Sequence record: PZ445488.1
Source: a phage
Strand: one strand, 5' to 3'
Length of the DNA stretch: 64,000 bases
A program made the position numbers and the translations under genes. The notes under the pieces are model-generated. The model did no database searches. It saw only the letters and a program-made list of their open reading frames with translations, and was not told the DNA's origin. Shown here in pieces: positions 38,632 through 48,227 of the stretch (position 1 is the first letter of the stretch; each line of letters opens with the position of its first letter).

Positions 38632-40845
38632 TTATTTGGCTGCTTCCACAGCCTTCATGAATTTAACGATTTGAGCGACTTGTTCTTTAGAAAGAGTACC
38701 ACGTCGTCCCATGTAGTCTGACACAATATGATAATTGGTTTCGAATTCAATAACCATTTTATCATCATTATCGTAAGCATTATCTTTAAGCTTATCGAAA
38801 ATTTTAGCACACAATTCTAACTTCTTATTCAGGTCTGTATTAGTAGCACCTGCGAATCGATTCCATCCCCAACGATTATTTACTGTTGAGAGTTTTGCAA
38901 AGTCTTTACTGATTTCTTTGTTCTTAGAGCTAAAATACTTACTAAGGAAGTTAAGCTCTTCATTACGAGTAATATGATTCAAATAAGGCTGTGCTCTACG
39001 ACTTGGTGATACATACTCATCATAATCTACTTTATCGATTAGCGTAATATAGTCATTAATTGATTTTTCGAACAAGCATTCTACTTCACCAAGTTTACGA
39101 ACTTTCTTAGCAATCTGTGGACGAACTACAGTGAACTCTTTAATACCTGACAAATCAGCAATACGGGTCAAGAAATTGGAGTCATAGTTCAACCAACCTT
39201 TATCTGCGTCAAGACATTCAGCATTAGAACGATTACGAACTATAGCATAACCTTGGATTTCATCTGCTTCACTTGCCGGAATAAAGAGGTCTTCTGATAC
39301 CCAAACATCGTTTTCATTCTTAAAGAATCGATGAGCACTTGGGGATTTAGGACGAGGCTCATTAGTCCGTTTCCTGACTTCAATCCATGGCTTAACGATT
39401 TGTAAAAGCTCTGAAGTCTTGTACATGTTAATGTTGTCGCCATCAAAGATAACTTTAAGGCGTTCCAGAAGTTTCATTGCATCTTCGTCTGTAGGGTCAA
39501 CGAATAGTACGCTTTTACCAAAACCGCGTGGAACTTTACCGGTTAATTTAACCTCGTCTTTAGACATTTCAATTGAATTAAGAGCTCGCATTAATGGAAC
39601 GCGTCCCTTAACGTCGTCAATAACAATTTCAACGTTTTTAATGTTAATGCCAATCAGGCTGTTAATTGAAATAGTTGATGATGAGCTACCACTTTCACGA
39701 ATACGACGAAGACGAGGGGATTCAACGATATCGTATACGACGCCAAGATTACACCACTCAGGCCCCATTTTAAAACGTTTGTACAACTCAGAATAAGTTA
39801 GTTGTTCTTTAGAGTATTTCAGTGATTCAATATTAGACCCGGCCTTTTCCATGTATTTACGAGCGGTATAGCCAAGAGAATCAATTTCACGGAACACATG
39901 ACGTGGGTATTTACAATCAATCCATTTCTTAGAATCTTCAGCGAACAATTTAGCATCGATTTCTGCAACGCGTTTATGGATATTTGCTACCGTACGTTTA
40001 TCAAATGACAATGCTTCACGAGACGGAGCTACATCTAGTTCACCCATAGGGAATTTAATATAAGCTGTAGTGCATCGTGTCATCATCCATGTTTGTTCTT
40101 TAATAACACTTCCGATTGGATATACAATACCACCGTAAACAGCCATGATATTACCGCGTTCACCCCATGGAGCTTCCTTGGCCAAATATACATCATCAAA
40201 TTCAGGGAAGTATTTAATATCTTTAACACCACGAACTTCTGCAATATCACCTAGAGGACGCATAACATATGCAATTTCGGATGCGAACTTTTCAAAATCT
40301 TCCGGGTTAACCGGTACGACTACTTCTACACCAGTACGGTCATCAGGACCCATCTTATCTACAAAGGTCGGCTTAATTTGTGGACCCGTATCATCTTGGT
40401 AGATTACGTAACCACGAACTTCGCCGTTGTGATAAGACGTAAGGTTAAACGTATCGGTATATGCTAGCGGAGCTTTAGAGCCGAGTCCGAATCCACCGAT
40501 GAAATCGTTACTCGATGTTTTAGTTGAAGCAAAATATGAGTTATAGATTCCTGGCTCTTCGTCATTACCTCGAATGGTGAAATCGCTCATACCAGGACCA
40601 AAGTCTCGAACTACAAAACGTGGGTCTAAACGACCTGGAGCCTGAACAATAAACTTATCAGTGCAACCGTTAAGAATTTGTCCATCGATACAGTTTGTAA
40701 TTAATTCACGTACACAAGCCAATTCTTTGTTTGTATAAAGGTCATTAGACAAAATCTTATAAACTTTGCTATTGCCTTGAATAGTGAATGCTGTGCTCTT
40801 ACCACCGGAACCAATAATCGTTTCTTTAGCAGTTTCAATAATCAT
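38632..40845 (-). CDS. rIIA: rIIA protein
   Basis: 737 aa; N-terminal GHKL-type ATPase-like region; T4 RIIA-like. Confidence 0.9.
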   Translation of the reverse strand: MIIETAKETIIGSGGKSTAFTIQGNSKVYKILSNDLYTNKELACVRELITNCIDGQILNGCTDKFIVQAPGRLDPRFVVRDFGPGMSDFTIRGNDEEPGIYNSYFASTKTSSNDFIGGFGLGSKAPLAYTDTFNLTSYHNGEVRGYVIYQDDTGPQIKPTFVDKMGPDDRTGVEVVVPVNPEDFEKFASEIAYVMRPLGDIAEVRGVKDIKYFPEFDDVYLAKEAPWGERGNIMAVYGGIVYPIGSVIKEQTWMMTRCTTAYIKFPMGELDVAPSREALSFDKRTVANIHKRVAEIDAKLFAEDSKKWIDCKYPRHVFREIDSLGYTARKYMEKAGSNIESLKYSKEQLTYSELYKRFKMGPEWCNLGVVYDIVESPRLRRIRESGSSSSTISINSLIGINIKNVEIVIDDVKGRVPLMRALNSIEMSKDEVKLTGKVPRGFGKSVLFVDPTDEDAMKLLERLKVIFDGDNINMYKTSELLQIVKPWIEVRKRTNEPRPKSPSAHRFFKNENDVWVSEDLFIPASEADEIQGYAIVRNRSNAECLDADKGWLNYDSNFLTRIADLSGIKEFTVVRPQIAKKVRKLGEVECLFEKSINDYITLIDKVDYDEYVSPSRRAQPYLNHITRNEELNFLSKYFSSKNKEISKDFAKLSTVNNRWGWNRFAGATNTDLNKKLELCAKIFDKLKDNAYDNDDKMVIEFETNYHIVSDYMGRRGTLSKEQVAQIVKFMKAVEAAK

Positions 40846-40857
40846 ATTTTTCTCTCA

Positions 40858-41058
40858 TCACAAGTTACGTTTAAAAATTTCTGCTACTTCAAGAAGTTCT
40901 TCTTTAGTAGCTGTATCGGTTTGTATTTTATATCGAATTTCTTTAAAGCGTTCTTTAAAGGACTCTGCTGACTCTATATCAAAAAATCTTTGGATAAGCC
41001 GGAATTCCCGGAGCACTGCTTTATCAAAAAGTTCCAAGTCCACGTTATATGTTCTCAT
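40858..41058 (-). CDS. hypothetical protein (rIIA.1 position)
   Basis: 66-aa ORF. Confidence 0.4.
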   Translation of the reverse strand: MRTYNVDLELFDKAVLREFRLIQRFFDIESAESFKERFKEIRYKIQTDTATKEELLEVAEIFKRNL

Positions 41059-41150
41059 AATATTCTCTTCAGTAGATTCCTAGGGCACTATTACTAAAGA
41101 CCATATAATCTATCATCTTATGGGTAATAGTGCCTCAGGCGATTCAGGAT

Positions 41151-42251
41151 TTACGCTGTGAAGATTTTATCCCACATCGCAACAACTGCATCTCGGTTAT
41201 ACTTCTTCCATACTGCTTCAGCACGTTTAACTCGAGCTTCGTATGTGTCAGTGAATTCTAATACAGCTTTTGCGTAAAGCGCAACTACTTCTTTCTTAGG
41301 AGTAGAGGAATCAATTTCTACACGCACAGTATCTGGGTCATATTCGAATGTCGCGTGCGGATAATCCTTAAAAACTAACTGAATTACAGGGACACCTTTA
41401 GAGATGGCTTCAATAGAACTATTCTCTACCGTACCCGTGTCAGGACACGTATTGATAAGTGCTTTAGCTGTTTTAAGACGTTCCATGATTTCACTGTGTG
41501 GAGCATCAATAATAACAGGATACTTAGCCGGTGGTGCCCATTTACTAGGACAGTATCCTACACCATTTTCGCCTAGTGCTTTAATCGCTTCAAGAGCAAC
41601 ATCAGTACGACGCATTTTAGTGTCATAACGTTGTGCACTAATAATCAGATCAGTCGCCGGAAGAACTTCAGGTTTATCATTCAAACAAATAACCGGATAA
41701 TCTTCGGCTTCAAACAACGGATTTGCTCGCCAATAATCATAATCAATTTTGTCAGTCAGACCTGAAGTCATATAACAATATTTGCGTTCAAATTCACGGA
41801 AGGCTTTAGTAGGAGCATAACTCTTACCACCGTTCTTATGAATTTGAATAGTCTGGTCCCAAATTTGAACAATGCCACGAGATACCGGTTCAAATGGTGT
41901 TGCCATAAAATTCTTATGAACTTTAGAGAGACCCGCGTCTTTAATTGCCTGAACGGTTAGTTTGGTCGGTTCCATAGTAACAACAAAATCGTATTCATGG
42001 ATGCCGGCTAGTTCAACAATCTTACGAGCCATAGTATAACTCATACCTAGACTGAATTTAGTCAGATGACCAACAGGATGATGATTAACCTTCCAATCAC
42101 CAAATGTGTCATTATCAAAGCCGATATAATCAATATCAGCACCGATAGAAACTAAATATTTCAACACATTTAAATGTACTGCTTCAAGACCACCTTGTAC
42201 ACGTTCTGGGTTAAATGGGACTGCGCGAGATGGGATAAACATAACTTTCAT
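41151..42251 (-). CDS. GT-B-fold glycosyltransferase (GT4-like); candidate DNA hydroxymethylcytosine sugar transferase
   Basis: 366 aa; N-terminal MKVMFIPSRAVPFNPERVQGGLEAVHLNVLKYL resembles the GT4 pattern; C-terminal TGTVENSSIEAISKGVPVIQ resembles the EX7E/EAMAxGxPVI donor-binding motif; no similarity to T4 alpha- or beta-GT. Confidence 0.6.
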   Translation of the reverse strand: MKVMFIPSRAVPFNPERVQGGLEAVHLNVLKYLVSIGADIDYIGFDNDTFGDWKVNHHPVGHLTKFSLGMSYTMARKIVELAGIHEYDFVVTMEPTKLTVQAIKDAGLSKVHKNFMATPFEPVSRGIVQIWDQTIQIHKNGGKSYAPTKAFREFERKYCYMTSGLTDKIDYDYWRANPLFEAEDYPVICLNDKPEVLPATDLIISAQRYDTKMRRTDVALEAIKALGENGVGYCPSKWAPPAKYPVIIDAPHSEIMERLKTAKALINTCPDTGTVENSSIEAISKGVPVIQLVFKDYPHATFEYDPDTVRVEIDSSTPKKEVVALYAKAVLEFTDTYEARVKRAEAVWKKYNRDAVVAMWDKIFTA

Positions 42252-42277
42252 AATTAAGCCTTATTAAAATTAAAATG

Positions 42278-42295
42278 AAGCTCCCGAAGGAGCTT
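42278..42295 (-). terminator. tetraloop hairpin overlapping the gene 39 stop codon
   Basis: aagcucc-uucg-ggagcuu in minus-strand RNA. Confidence 0.45.
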
Positions 42296-44114
42296 AGGAC
42301 ATCCATTCTTTACGAAGTTCTGAATCATCACCCAACAACATTTCAAAGAGTTCTTTCCAATTTTCAGGAAGTTTAACTACGTCGTACACAGGGTTCTGAA
42401 TCATTTCACGATACTCTGACTTTTCAAGGGAGCCCAATCCCTTGATGTATCGAATACTATGCTTAGGCAGCGTATCTTTAACTTCTTCATACTCAGCTAC
42501 AGTATAAAACCATTTTTGAGTTTTGCCAATTTGTGCAATAATTACAGGTGTTTTAACAAAGCGAATACGTCCTTGTTCAAACAATTCAGGCCAATTACTA
42601 AAGAAAGCAAGCAAAGCAGGATAAATACTTCCAAGGCCGTCATGATCGGCATCGGTCATAATTGCAATATTACGATAGTTCGTATTCTCTGCCTTTTCAC
42701 CAAGAATAAGACCTGTGATAGCACAGATATCAAAGAGCTCTTTGTTCTTCATCATATCAGCATATGACATACCCCAGCTATTCATCACCTTACCACGTAA
42801 TGGGAATCCGCCGTGTAGTTCACGGTCACGAACATCAATGAGATAACCAATTGCCGAATCACCTTCTGTTAAGAACAATGTCGTATCTGCATCTTTACCA
42901 CATTGGTTAGCTTTAATATGCTTATGAACCTTAGCTTTAGTTGCCTTTTTAGCTGCTTTAGTTTCTGCGGCCTTTTCTGCTGCCAATTTACGAGCTAATG
43001 CTGCTTCAATTATAGGCATTAAAACTGCTTCAGAATTCAAAATATTTTTTGCCAATTTTTTGGTATCTAATTTAATATGCGTCCGAATTTCGCCATAAGG
43101 ACTTGTTAAACGCTCTTTGGTTTGGGAATCAAAACGAAGGTTCTTCATTCCACGAACGAACATTAAGAGAGTGAGACATTCCTTGATGCGCGCTTTAGTC
43201 ACGTCGATTTTATATTTGCGTTTAATAGCCGGAATTAATTCTTCGCAAATGTCGTCCATCACACATTCAATGTGATGACCGCCATTTTTGGTATGGATGT
43301 TATTAACATAAGTTAAATGACGGAAGCCATCTGGTGACCGACCAATGGCAATAGAGCATCCATCTTGTTCTTGAATGACGGTCTCTTCATCAAATTGTTT
43401 AGCAAACTTCTTAAAGTTACCTTTAATCCTTTTGCCATTAAATTTAAATTCAATACCAGGATAAACGACTGCCAATGTTTGGAGCCGGTCTATAGTAATA
43501 TCTTGGTATATTTTTTCAAATTGATTCATTTCAAAATGAGAGAAATCAGGAATAAACTCGACCTTAGTCCCGTTGTTTTTAGACGGCTTAGATTTCCAAG
43601 AAATATTATCAGCATTATTAGAACAATTAACTGTCAATTCGTTTTTACCATCTGAAGTAGTGCCAACAAAAGAGACAGAAAAAATATTTGTTAATGAAGA
43701 ACCGACACCGTTTTGTCCACCCGTAACACGTTCTTTGTCGTCACCAAAGTTGCCACCAGCTTTTGTACGTGTCCACGCCGCAACTGGTCCTGGAATTTCT
43801 TCTCCTTCAGGAGTAATAACTGTTTCTTGAGGAATACCTCGTCCATTATCTTCAACAGTCACTTTATTAGAATTTAAATCAATACTAACAGAAATTTTAT
43901 TAGCATATTTGAAATTGGTTCGAATAGCTTCATCTACCGAGTTGTCAATAATTTCATCAATTAATTTGAGAACACCTGCAACATATTTAACCTTTTTAAA
44001 TTCACCGAATAGGAAACGTTCTTGTTCTTCATTGGCAACACTTCCAATATACATGCCAGGACGCTTCAAACAATGCTCTTTATCAGATAGCATTTCAATT
44101 TTATTATCAATCAT
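42294..44114 (-). CDS. 39: DNA topoisomerase II large subunit, fused 39/60 form; start set at MIDNKIEM
   Basis: 606 aa continuous ORF; GyrB-like ATPase and Toprim regions; longer than T4 gp39 alone, consistent with the unsplit form. Confidence 0.9.
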   Translation of the reverse strand: MIDNKIEMLSDKEHCLKRPGMYIGSVANEEQERFLFGEFKKVKYVAGVLKLIDEIIDNSVDEAIRTNFKYANKISVSIDLNSNKVTVEDNGRGIPQETVITPEGEEIPGPVAAWTRTKAGGNFGDDKERVTGGQNGVGSSLTNIFSVSFVGTTSDGKNELTVNCSNNADNISWKSKPSKNNGTKVEFIPDFSHFEMNQFEKIYQDITIDRLQTLAVVYPGIEFKFNGKRIKGNFKKFAKQFDEETVIQEQDGCSIAIGRSPDGFRHLTYVNNIHTKNGGHHIECVMDDICEELIPAIKRKYKIDVTKARIKECLTLLMFVRGMKNLRFDSQTKERLTSPYGEIRTHIKLDTKKLAKNILNSEAVLMPIIEAALARKLAAEKAAETKAAKKATKAKVHKHIKANQCGKDADTTLFLTEGDSAIGYLIDVRDRELHGGFPLRGKVMNSWGMSYADMMKNKELFDICAITGLILGEKAENTNYRNIAIMTDADHDGLGSIYPALLAFFSNWPELFEQGRIRFVKTPVIIAQIGKTQKWFYTVAEYEEVKDTLPKHSIRYIKGLGSLEKSEYREMIQNPVYDVVKLPENWKELFEMLLGDDSELRKEWMS

Positions 44115-44790
44115 TAGATTTTCTCTCAAATTGCATGACTATATTTTTGTATGAACCTTCCGGAAATCCACGTTTAACGCTTTCTTTAGCAAATTTACCG
44201 ACCTTTGGTTTATCCAATTCTAACCATAATTTATATAAAGAAGATTCATATTCCCATACAGGACTTTTACGATTTTTAAGCCCACACTTTATAAGCGCTT
44301 CCTTTGTATGTTTCTTATTATAAAATGGATTGTTTTTGCCACTCATTGCTTTAGAATGTTCAGGGCGCTTAATTCCATACATCGGATTAAGATCGCCTTT
44401 CTTGATAATTGATTGTAGTTCAATAGTTTCTTCAGAGTGATTGTGTCCATAAAATGGATTTAACTCTTTTGAAACATCCATACCAAAGCACCCATCGACT
44501 GTGGCATAAGACATGTTGAAAAATTTTTCAGATTTAACCACATTATGCAATTTCTGGTAATACAACTCACAAAACGTCGCTTCTTCACGTGTATCAAATT
44601 CGCCAATAATACATGAATCAAATAAATGAGGATTATCTTTTATCTCTTTATCATAAATTTGTTTATATTTTTTCGACTTTACCGTACCATGATAGTAACT
44701 GTTTGTATGTTTATCAAGATAAGTAGACCCTATATAAAACGGTGGCAACTTATCGCCTGTGTATATTGTTAAGTATGTTATGTATTTCAT
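44107..44790 (-). CDS. putative homing endonuclease-like protein (degenerate GIY-YIG N-terminus with NUMOD3-type repeats)
   Basis: 227 aa; N-terminal YLTIYTGDKLPPFYIGST; repeats NPFYGHNHSEETIE, NPMYGIKRPEHSKAMSGKNNPFYNKKHTKEA resemble NUMOD3 modules of Seg/Tev-type endonucleases. Confidence 0.5.
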   Translation of the reverse strand: MKYITYLTIYTGDKLPPFYIGSTYLDKHTNSYYHGTVKSKKYKQIYDKEIKDNPHLFDSCIIGEFDTREEATFCELYYQKLHNVVKSEKFFNMSYATVDGCFGMDVSKELNPFYGHNHSEETIELQSIIKKGDLNPMYGIKRPEHSKAMSGKNNPFYNKKHTKEALIKCGLKNRKSPVWEYESSLYKLWLELDKPKVGKFAKESVKRGFPEGSYKNIVMQFERKSND

Positions 44791-44825
44791 AAAGGTATTC
44801 TATCATCCGAAATCTAAAGCAAAAA

Positions 44826-44837
44826 GGGCCGAAGCCC
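44826..44837 (-). terminator. short hairpin gggc-cgaa-gccc
   Basis: inverted repeat directly after stop of ORF 44838..45260. Confidence 0.35.
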
Positions 44838-45260
44838 TTATTTAAATTTAATTTTCTGAAGTGCATCAATTGCAGCCAGACGCCCTTGTTCACTTTTAAC
44901 TGTAATGACCACATCACCTGATACGATCACCGAACCATCAACAAATTCTATAGAGCCTTTTTTGAAATCAACTGACGTAGGTTCCGGAACTTCTTCAAAG
45001 AATTTAAATTCTGCACCATAAAGCAGAATATCACCTTGCATACTATGAATAGTTCGGCCATAATCGCCTACGGCTTCTACAGCAATAACCGAAACGCCGT
45101 AACCAATCATCTCTTCCACAATAAAATCTTTGGACAATAAAGTAGTATGCAGATTAGTATTAAGACGTTTACCAGTCGTATTAAGAATTCTCAAGAAATT
45201 ATCTTCTTGTCCTTTGATAATACGATATTTCTTACCAACTTCAAAACCTTTAAAAGCCAT
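44838..45260 (-). CDS. hypothetical protein
   Basis: 140-aa ORF. Confidence 0.45.
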   Translation of the reverse strand: MAFKGFEVGKKYRIIKGQEDNFLRILNTTGKRLNTNLHTTLLSKDFIVEEMIGYGVSVIAVEAVGDYGRTIHSMQGDILLYGAEFKFFEEVPEPTSVDFKKGSIEFVDGSVIVSGDVVITVKSEQGRLAAIDALQKIKFK

Positions 45261-45262
45261 AA

Positions 45263-45442
45263 TTAACCCTTTTTAAGTAAGTCGTAAAAACCACCGTTCA
45301 CATGTTTAGGAGCAGAAACCCGACGAGTAGACAGACGATGACATTCAGGGCAAACATCGTTTTCTCGTTCAGAAATTCTTTTAATTTTTTCATATTCATG
45401 GCCGCAATCTTCAGATTGGCATTTATAGTCGTATAACGGCAT
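45263..45442 (-). CDS. FmdB-like zinc-ribbon protein (59 aa), below ORF-track cutoff
   Basis: hand translation MPLYDYKCQSEDCGHEYEKIKRISERENDVCPECHRLSTRR...; CxxC-x18-CPEC pattern with MP-YxY-C start. Confidence 0.5.
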   Translation of the reverse strand: MPLYDYKCQSEDCGHEYEKIKRISERENDVCPECHRLSTRRVSAPKHVNGGFYDLLKKG

Positions 45443-45447
45443 TATTA

Positions 45448-45876
45448 TTATTCCTTAAAATGTGCTTTCAACATTTGATACAAAGACCATGCCTGGTCGT
45501 TATTTTTGATAGTAATCGTCATCACCGGAAATTCAGACAATTCGTCAAGTTCACCAGAATCTTGCTCTTCGGACGCTTGATACGGATTTCCAACTTCATC
45601 AAAAAACTCTGCTTCATTCGTGGAGAGCCAGATAAAGTTTTCATCAAGGATATCACCACCTGTCGCGTATCCAACCATGCCAGTAGATGTCACAATTTTA
45701 GTAGGACGACCAAGATGGTCAACATCTAATACTTTAAATGGTTCCATGCCAAGACGTCGTGCATAAATCCCATTATCGGTGTGGTCCTTAATAAACTCTT
45801 CTTGGGCACGTTTATCTTTAAATTGGTACCACGAGTTAACGCGGAATTTATTAGCCATTAGTAAGTTTCCTTCCAA
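45448..45876 (-). CDS. hypothetical protein
   Basis: 142-aa ORF, acidic C-terminal region. Confidence 0.45.
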   Translation of the reverse strand: MEGNLLMANKFRVNSWYQFKDKRAQEEFIKDHTDNGIYARRLGMEPFKVLDVDHLGRPTKIVTSTGMVGYATGGDILDENFIWLSTNEAEFFDEVGNPYQASEEQDSGELDELSEFPVMTITIKNNDQAWSLYQMLKAHFKE

Positions 45877-46130
45877 TAAGTTGTACCGTTTTCAGTGATT
45901 TCACGGAAGATACCGTAGATAGGCATTTCATCACCGAGTTTTTCGTAAACGTAAACCACTTCAGTGTAGCATAAAAATCCGGTCCAGTTTTTCTGTACAA
46001 CAACTAAATCAGGATTAAACAGAACATCTTCAAACTCATCGATGTTTGAATCAGTAGTTACGTTTTTAATGATTTGACGTTTCATAATATTCTCCTCTTG
46101 TTTTGATAGGTCTATAGTATCATAGACCAT
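45858..46130 (-). CDS. hypothetical protein
   Basis: 90-aa ORF. Confidence 0.4.
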   Translation of the reverse strand: MVYDTIDLSKQEENIMKRQIIKNVTTDSNIDEFEDVLFNPDLVVVQKNWTGFLCYTEVVYVYEKLGDEMPIYGIFREITENGTTYWKETY

Positions 46131-46142
46131 AGTTGTTGTACA

Positions 46143-46667
46143 TCATTTTAGCAAAATAAAATCAACTTGTTCTGCCAATGAACGTCTAAACATTAATTGA
46201 CAACTTCCGAGGATGAAATCAGGTGCTTCATAGACCGCGATGTAGTATCCTTTAGCTTTCAAGAGTTCAACATCCACCTGGTCATCAAACCATGCATAAA
46301 CCGCGTCAACGCTTTCAAATCCAAAATAGAACCCTTGAGCCCAATCTTCACTCAATTCAAATGTGTACTCAATTCTATGGTATCTTAAGATATTTTGTTC
46401 AAGAAGTTTGTCTTCATTTACTGTAGGACGATTAGGGACATTATAGTTGTCGCCGTGATGGTAGAAGTTACCTGAGAGTATTCCATGCTTATCAAGGAAC
46501 TCCCATGTTTCTTCAGAGTTGTCAGTGCCAGACCAACCGTAAGGTGAGCGAGGTTCTTTATTCCAAGAGGTTTCCCAAATTCTGACGGCTTTACCGTCTT
46601 CGATAACAATTCCTGGTAATGATTCACGTTGAGTACAAAAACTACGTTCTACGCGGTAAACTAACAT
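46143..46667 (-). CDS. hypothetical protein
   Basis: 174-aa ORF, no motif recognised. Confidence 0.45.
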   Translation of the reverse strand: MLVYRVERSFCTQRESLPGIVIEDGKAVRIWETSWNKEPRSPYGWSGTDNSEETWEFLDKHGILSGNFYHHGDNYNVPNRPTVNEDKLLEQNILRYHRIEYTFELSEDWAQGFYFGFESVDAVYAWFDDQVDVELLKAKGYYIAVYEAPDFILGSCQLMFRRSLAEQVDFILLK

Positions 46668-46726
46668 ATTATTCTCCTCTGGTTGATATGGTTATAATAT
46701 CAAAACCAGAGGAGAAGTAAACAACT

Positions 46727-47146
46727 TTATGCGAAAGCAGCTGGGCTATATTTTTTAATTTGGAATTCAGGAACTACCATGAACTGACCAGCGAAAACGA
46801 TGTTATAAAGCTTAACACCATCTTCTACCCAACGGTCGCTAATAAATCCGGCGATTTGCTTAGTTTTCCATGGCGTTCCATCAGTTGCCGCAGCAATAGT
46901 GAATTCATGGTCTTTTTCAACAGAAACTGATCTGCATAGTCCCCATTTGAACGCTTTTTCTTCTGGCTCAATGAACTGGCTTGAGACGTAGCCAATATTA
47001 CCATTAGCATCACGAACTTTAACTTGGTTACGACCAAAAACCGGATCACTCACAGAAAGAACTTCAACCAACTTCCCGGCAACTTTAGAGCGAGAAGCAA
47101 CAGATACATATACGTAATCACCTGTAGAGAGATTTACAATATTCAT
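46727..47146 (-). CDS. paralogue family member 1 (unknown function)
   Basis: 139 aa; shares SRSKVAGKLVEV and C-terminal FISDRWVEDGVKLYNIVFAG motifs with the next two ORFs. Confidence 0.55.
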   Translation of the reverse strand: MNIVNLSTGDYVYVSVASRSKVAGKLVEVLSVSDPVFGRNQVKVRDANGNIGYVSSQFIEPEEKAFKWGLCRSVSVEKDHEFTIAAATDGTPWKTKQIAGFISDRWVEDGVKLYNIVFAGQFMVVPEFQIKKYSPAAFA

Positions 47147-47155
47147 AATAATTCC

Positions 47156-47641
47156 TTAAGCTTTACGAGGAGACACATAGCGAGTGATTTCAGATTCTTT
47201 AACAACTCTGAAGTCACCTAAGAATATGATATTGTATAACTTTTCACCATCTTCAACCCATTGGTCACTAATGAAGCCGCACATAGTATCAGTTTTGCTT
47301 GGATAACCGTATTCATCGATGAAGTCAAATTCTTTATCAGTCTGGAATTCAACGCCTTTGCAAAGGGCCCATTTGAACTGTACATTATGCTCTGTGGATT
47401 CAACTTTTTCTCTTGAAGCAAAAGCACTACTCACAGGCGTTTCCAAGAACTTTGCACGAACATAAGCAAATTTGGTTTCCTGTGTCCCAAAACTAGGAAT
47501 AATACGAACTTTTACCTCAGAATCTTCATCTTTAACGCCTTCTTTAAGTTGAATACTTACAACTTCGACCAATTTTCCTGCGGCTTTAGAACGAGATTTG
47601 TTAGATACGCGAACGATTTCACCAATAATACCAAGATTCAT
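47156..47641 (-). CDS. paralogue family member 2; start set at MNLGIIGEI
   Basis: 161 aa; SRSKAAGKLVEV ... FISDQWVEDGEKLYNIIFLGDF; promoter lies inside the longer ORF-track version. Confidence 0.55.
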   Translation of the reverse strand: MNLGIIGEIVRVSNKSRSKAAGKLVEVVSIQLKEGVKDEDSEVKVRIIPSFGTQETKFAYVRAKFLETPVSSAFASREKVESTEHNVQFKWALCKGVEFQTDKEFDFIDEYGYPSKTDTMCGFISDQWVEDGEKLYNIIFLGDFRVVKESEITRYVSPRKA

Positions 47642-47668
47642 AATTTCTCTCTCTTTGTTTAAATTGAA

Positions 47669-47700
47669 TTCATTATACTCCATCCATCCTTGGATATACA
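47669..47700 (-). promoter_or_regulatory. early-type promoter (TGTATA-N17-TATAAT) for paralogue 2
   Basis: shares core attatactcca-ccatccttgg with 48228..48260. Confidence 0.45.
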
Positions 47701-47703
47701 ACA

Positions 47704-48198
47704 TTAATTAAGGATATTAACCACAGCACTACGTGGAACTACACTAAAATCACCTGCATGAACAACGTTCAGAAGTTCAACACCGTCTTCAATCCACTGG
47801 TCAGTTACCCATCCATTTACTGGACCTGCGAACGGGCGTCGAATTGAAACATATTTACACAGCAAATCAGTAGGCTCAATAGGCTTAATCAGAGTACCGT
47901 ACATACAAGCGATATCCATATCAATACAGATGTCTTTAACGGGTTCTACTTCTTCAATCAACAGTTCAAAGTCTGTGCTTGGAAGGGCGGTAGTAGAAAT
48001 TGTACCATATGAATTTTTAATTTCTAAGAATAACCAAGGGCCTTCAGCTTGTTTGATGAAGTTAACAATAGTGAAACTATTGCCTTGAGTGGCACCTAAA
48101 ATTTCACAAAACTTTTCGTAAGCTCGCACTGAAGCACTGTACCAGTTGATTTGTTTTTCGTCTTTCAGGATGTAAGTAGCCGTAGTATTGATATTCAT
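47704..48198 (-). CDS. paralogue family member 3
   Basis: 164 aa; C-terminal WVTDQWIEDGVELLNVVHAGDFSVVP matches the family motif. Confidence 0.5.
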   Translation of the reverse strand: MNINTTATYILKDEKQINWYSASVRAYEKFCEILGATQGNSFTIVNFIKQAEGPWLFLEIKNSYGTISTTALPSTDFELLIEEVEPVKDICIDMDIACMYGTLIKPIEPTDLLCKYVSIRRPFAGPVNGWVTDQWIEDGVELLNVVHAGDFSVVPRSAVVNILN

Positions 48199-48227
48199 AA
48201 TGTTTTTCCTGTTTGGTTAAGATAGAA

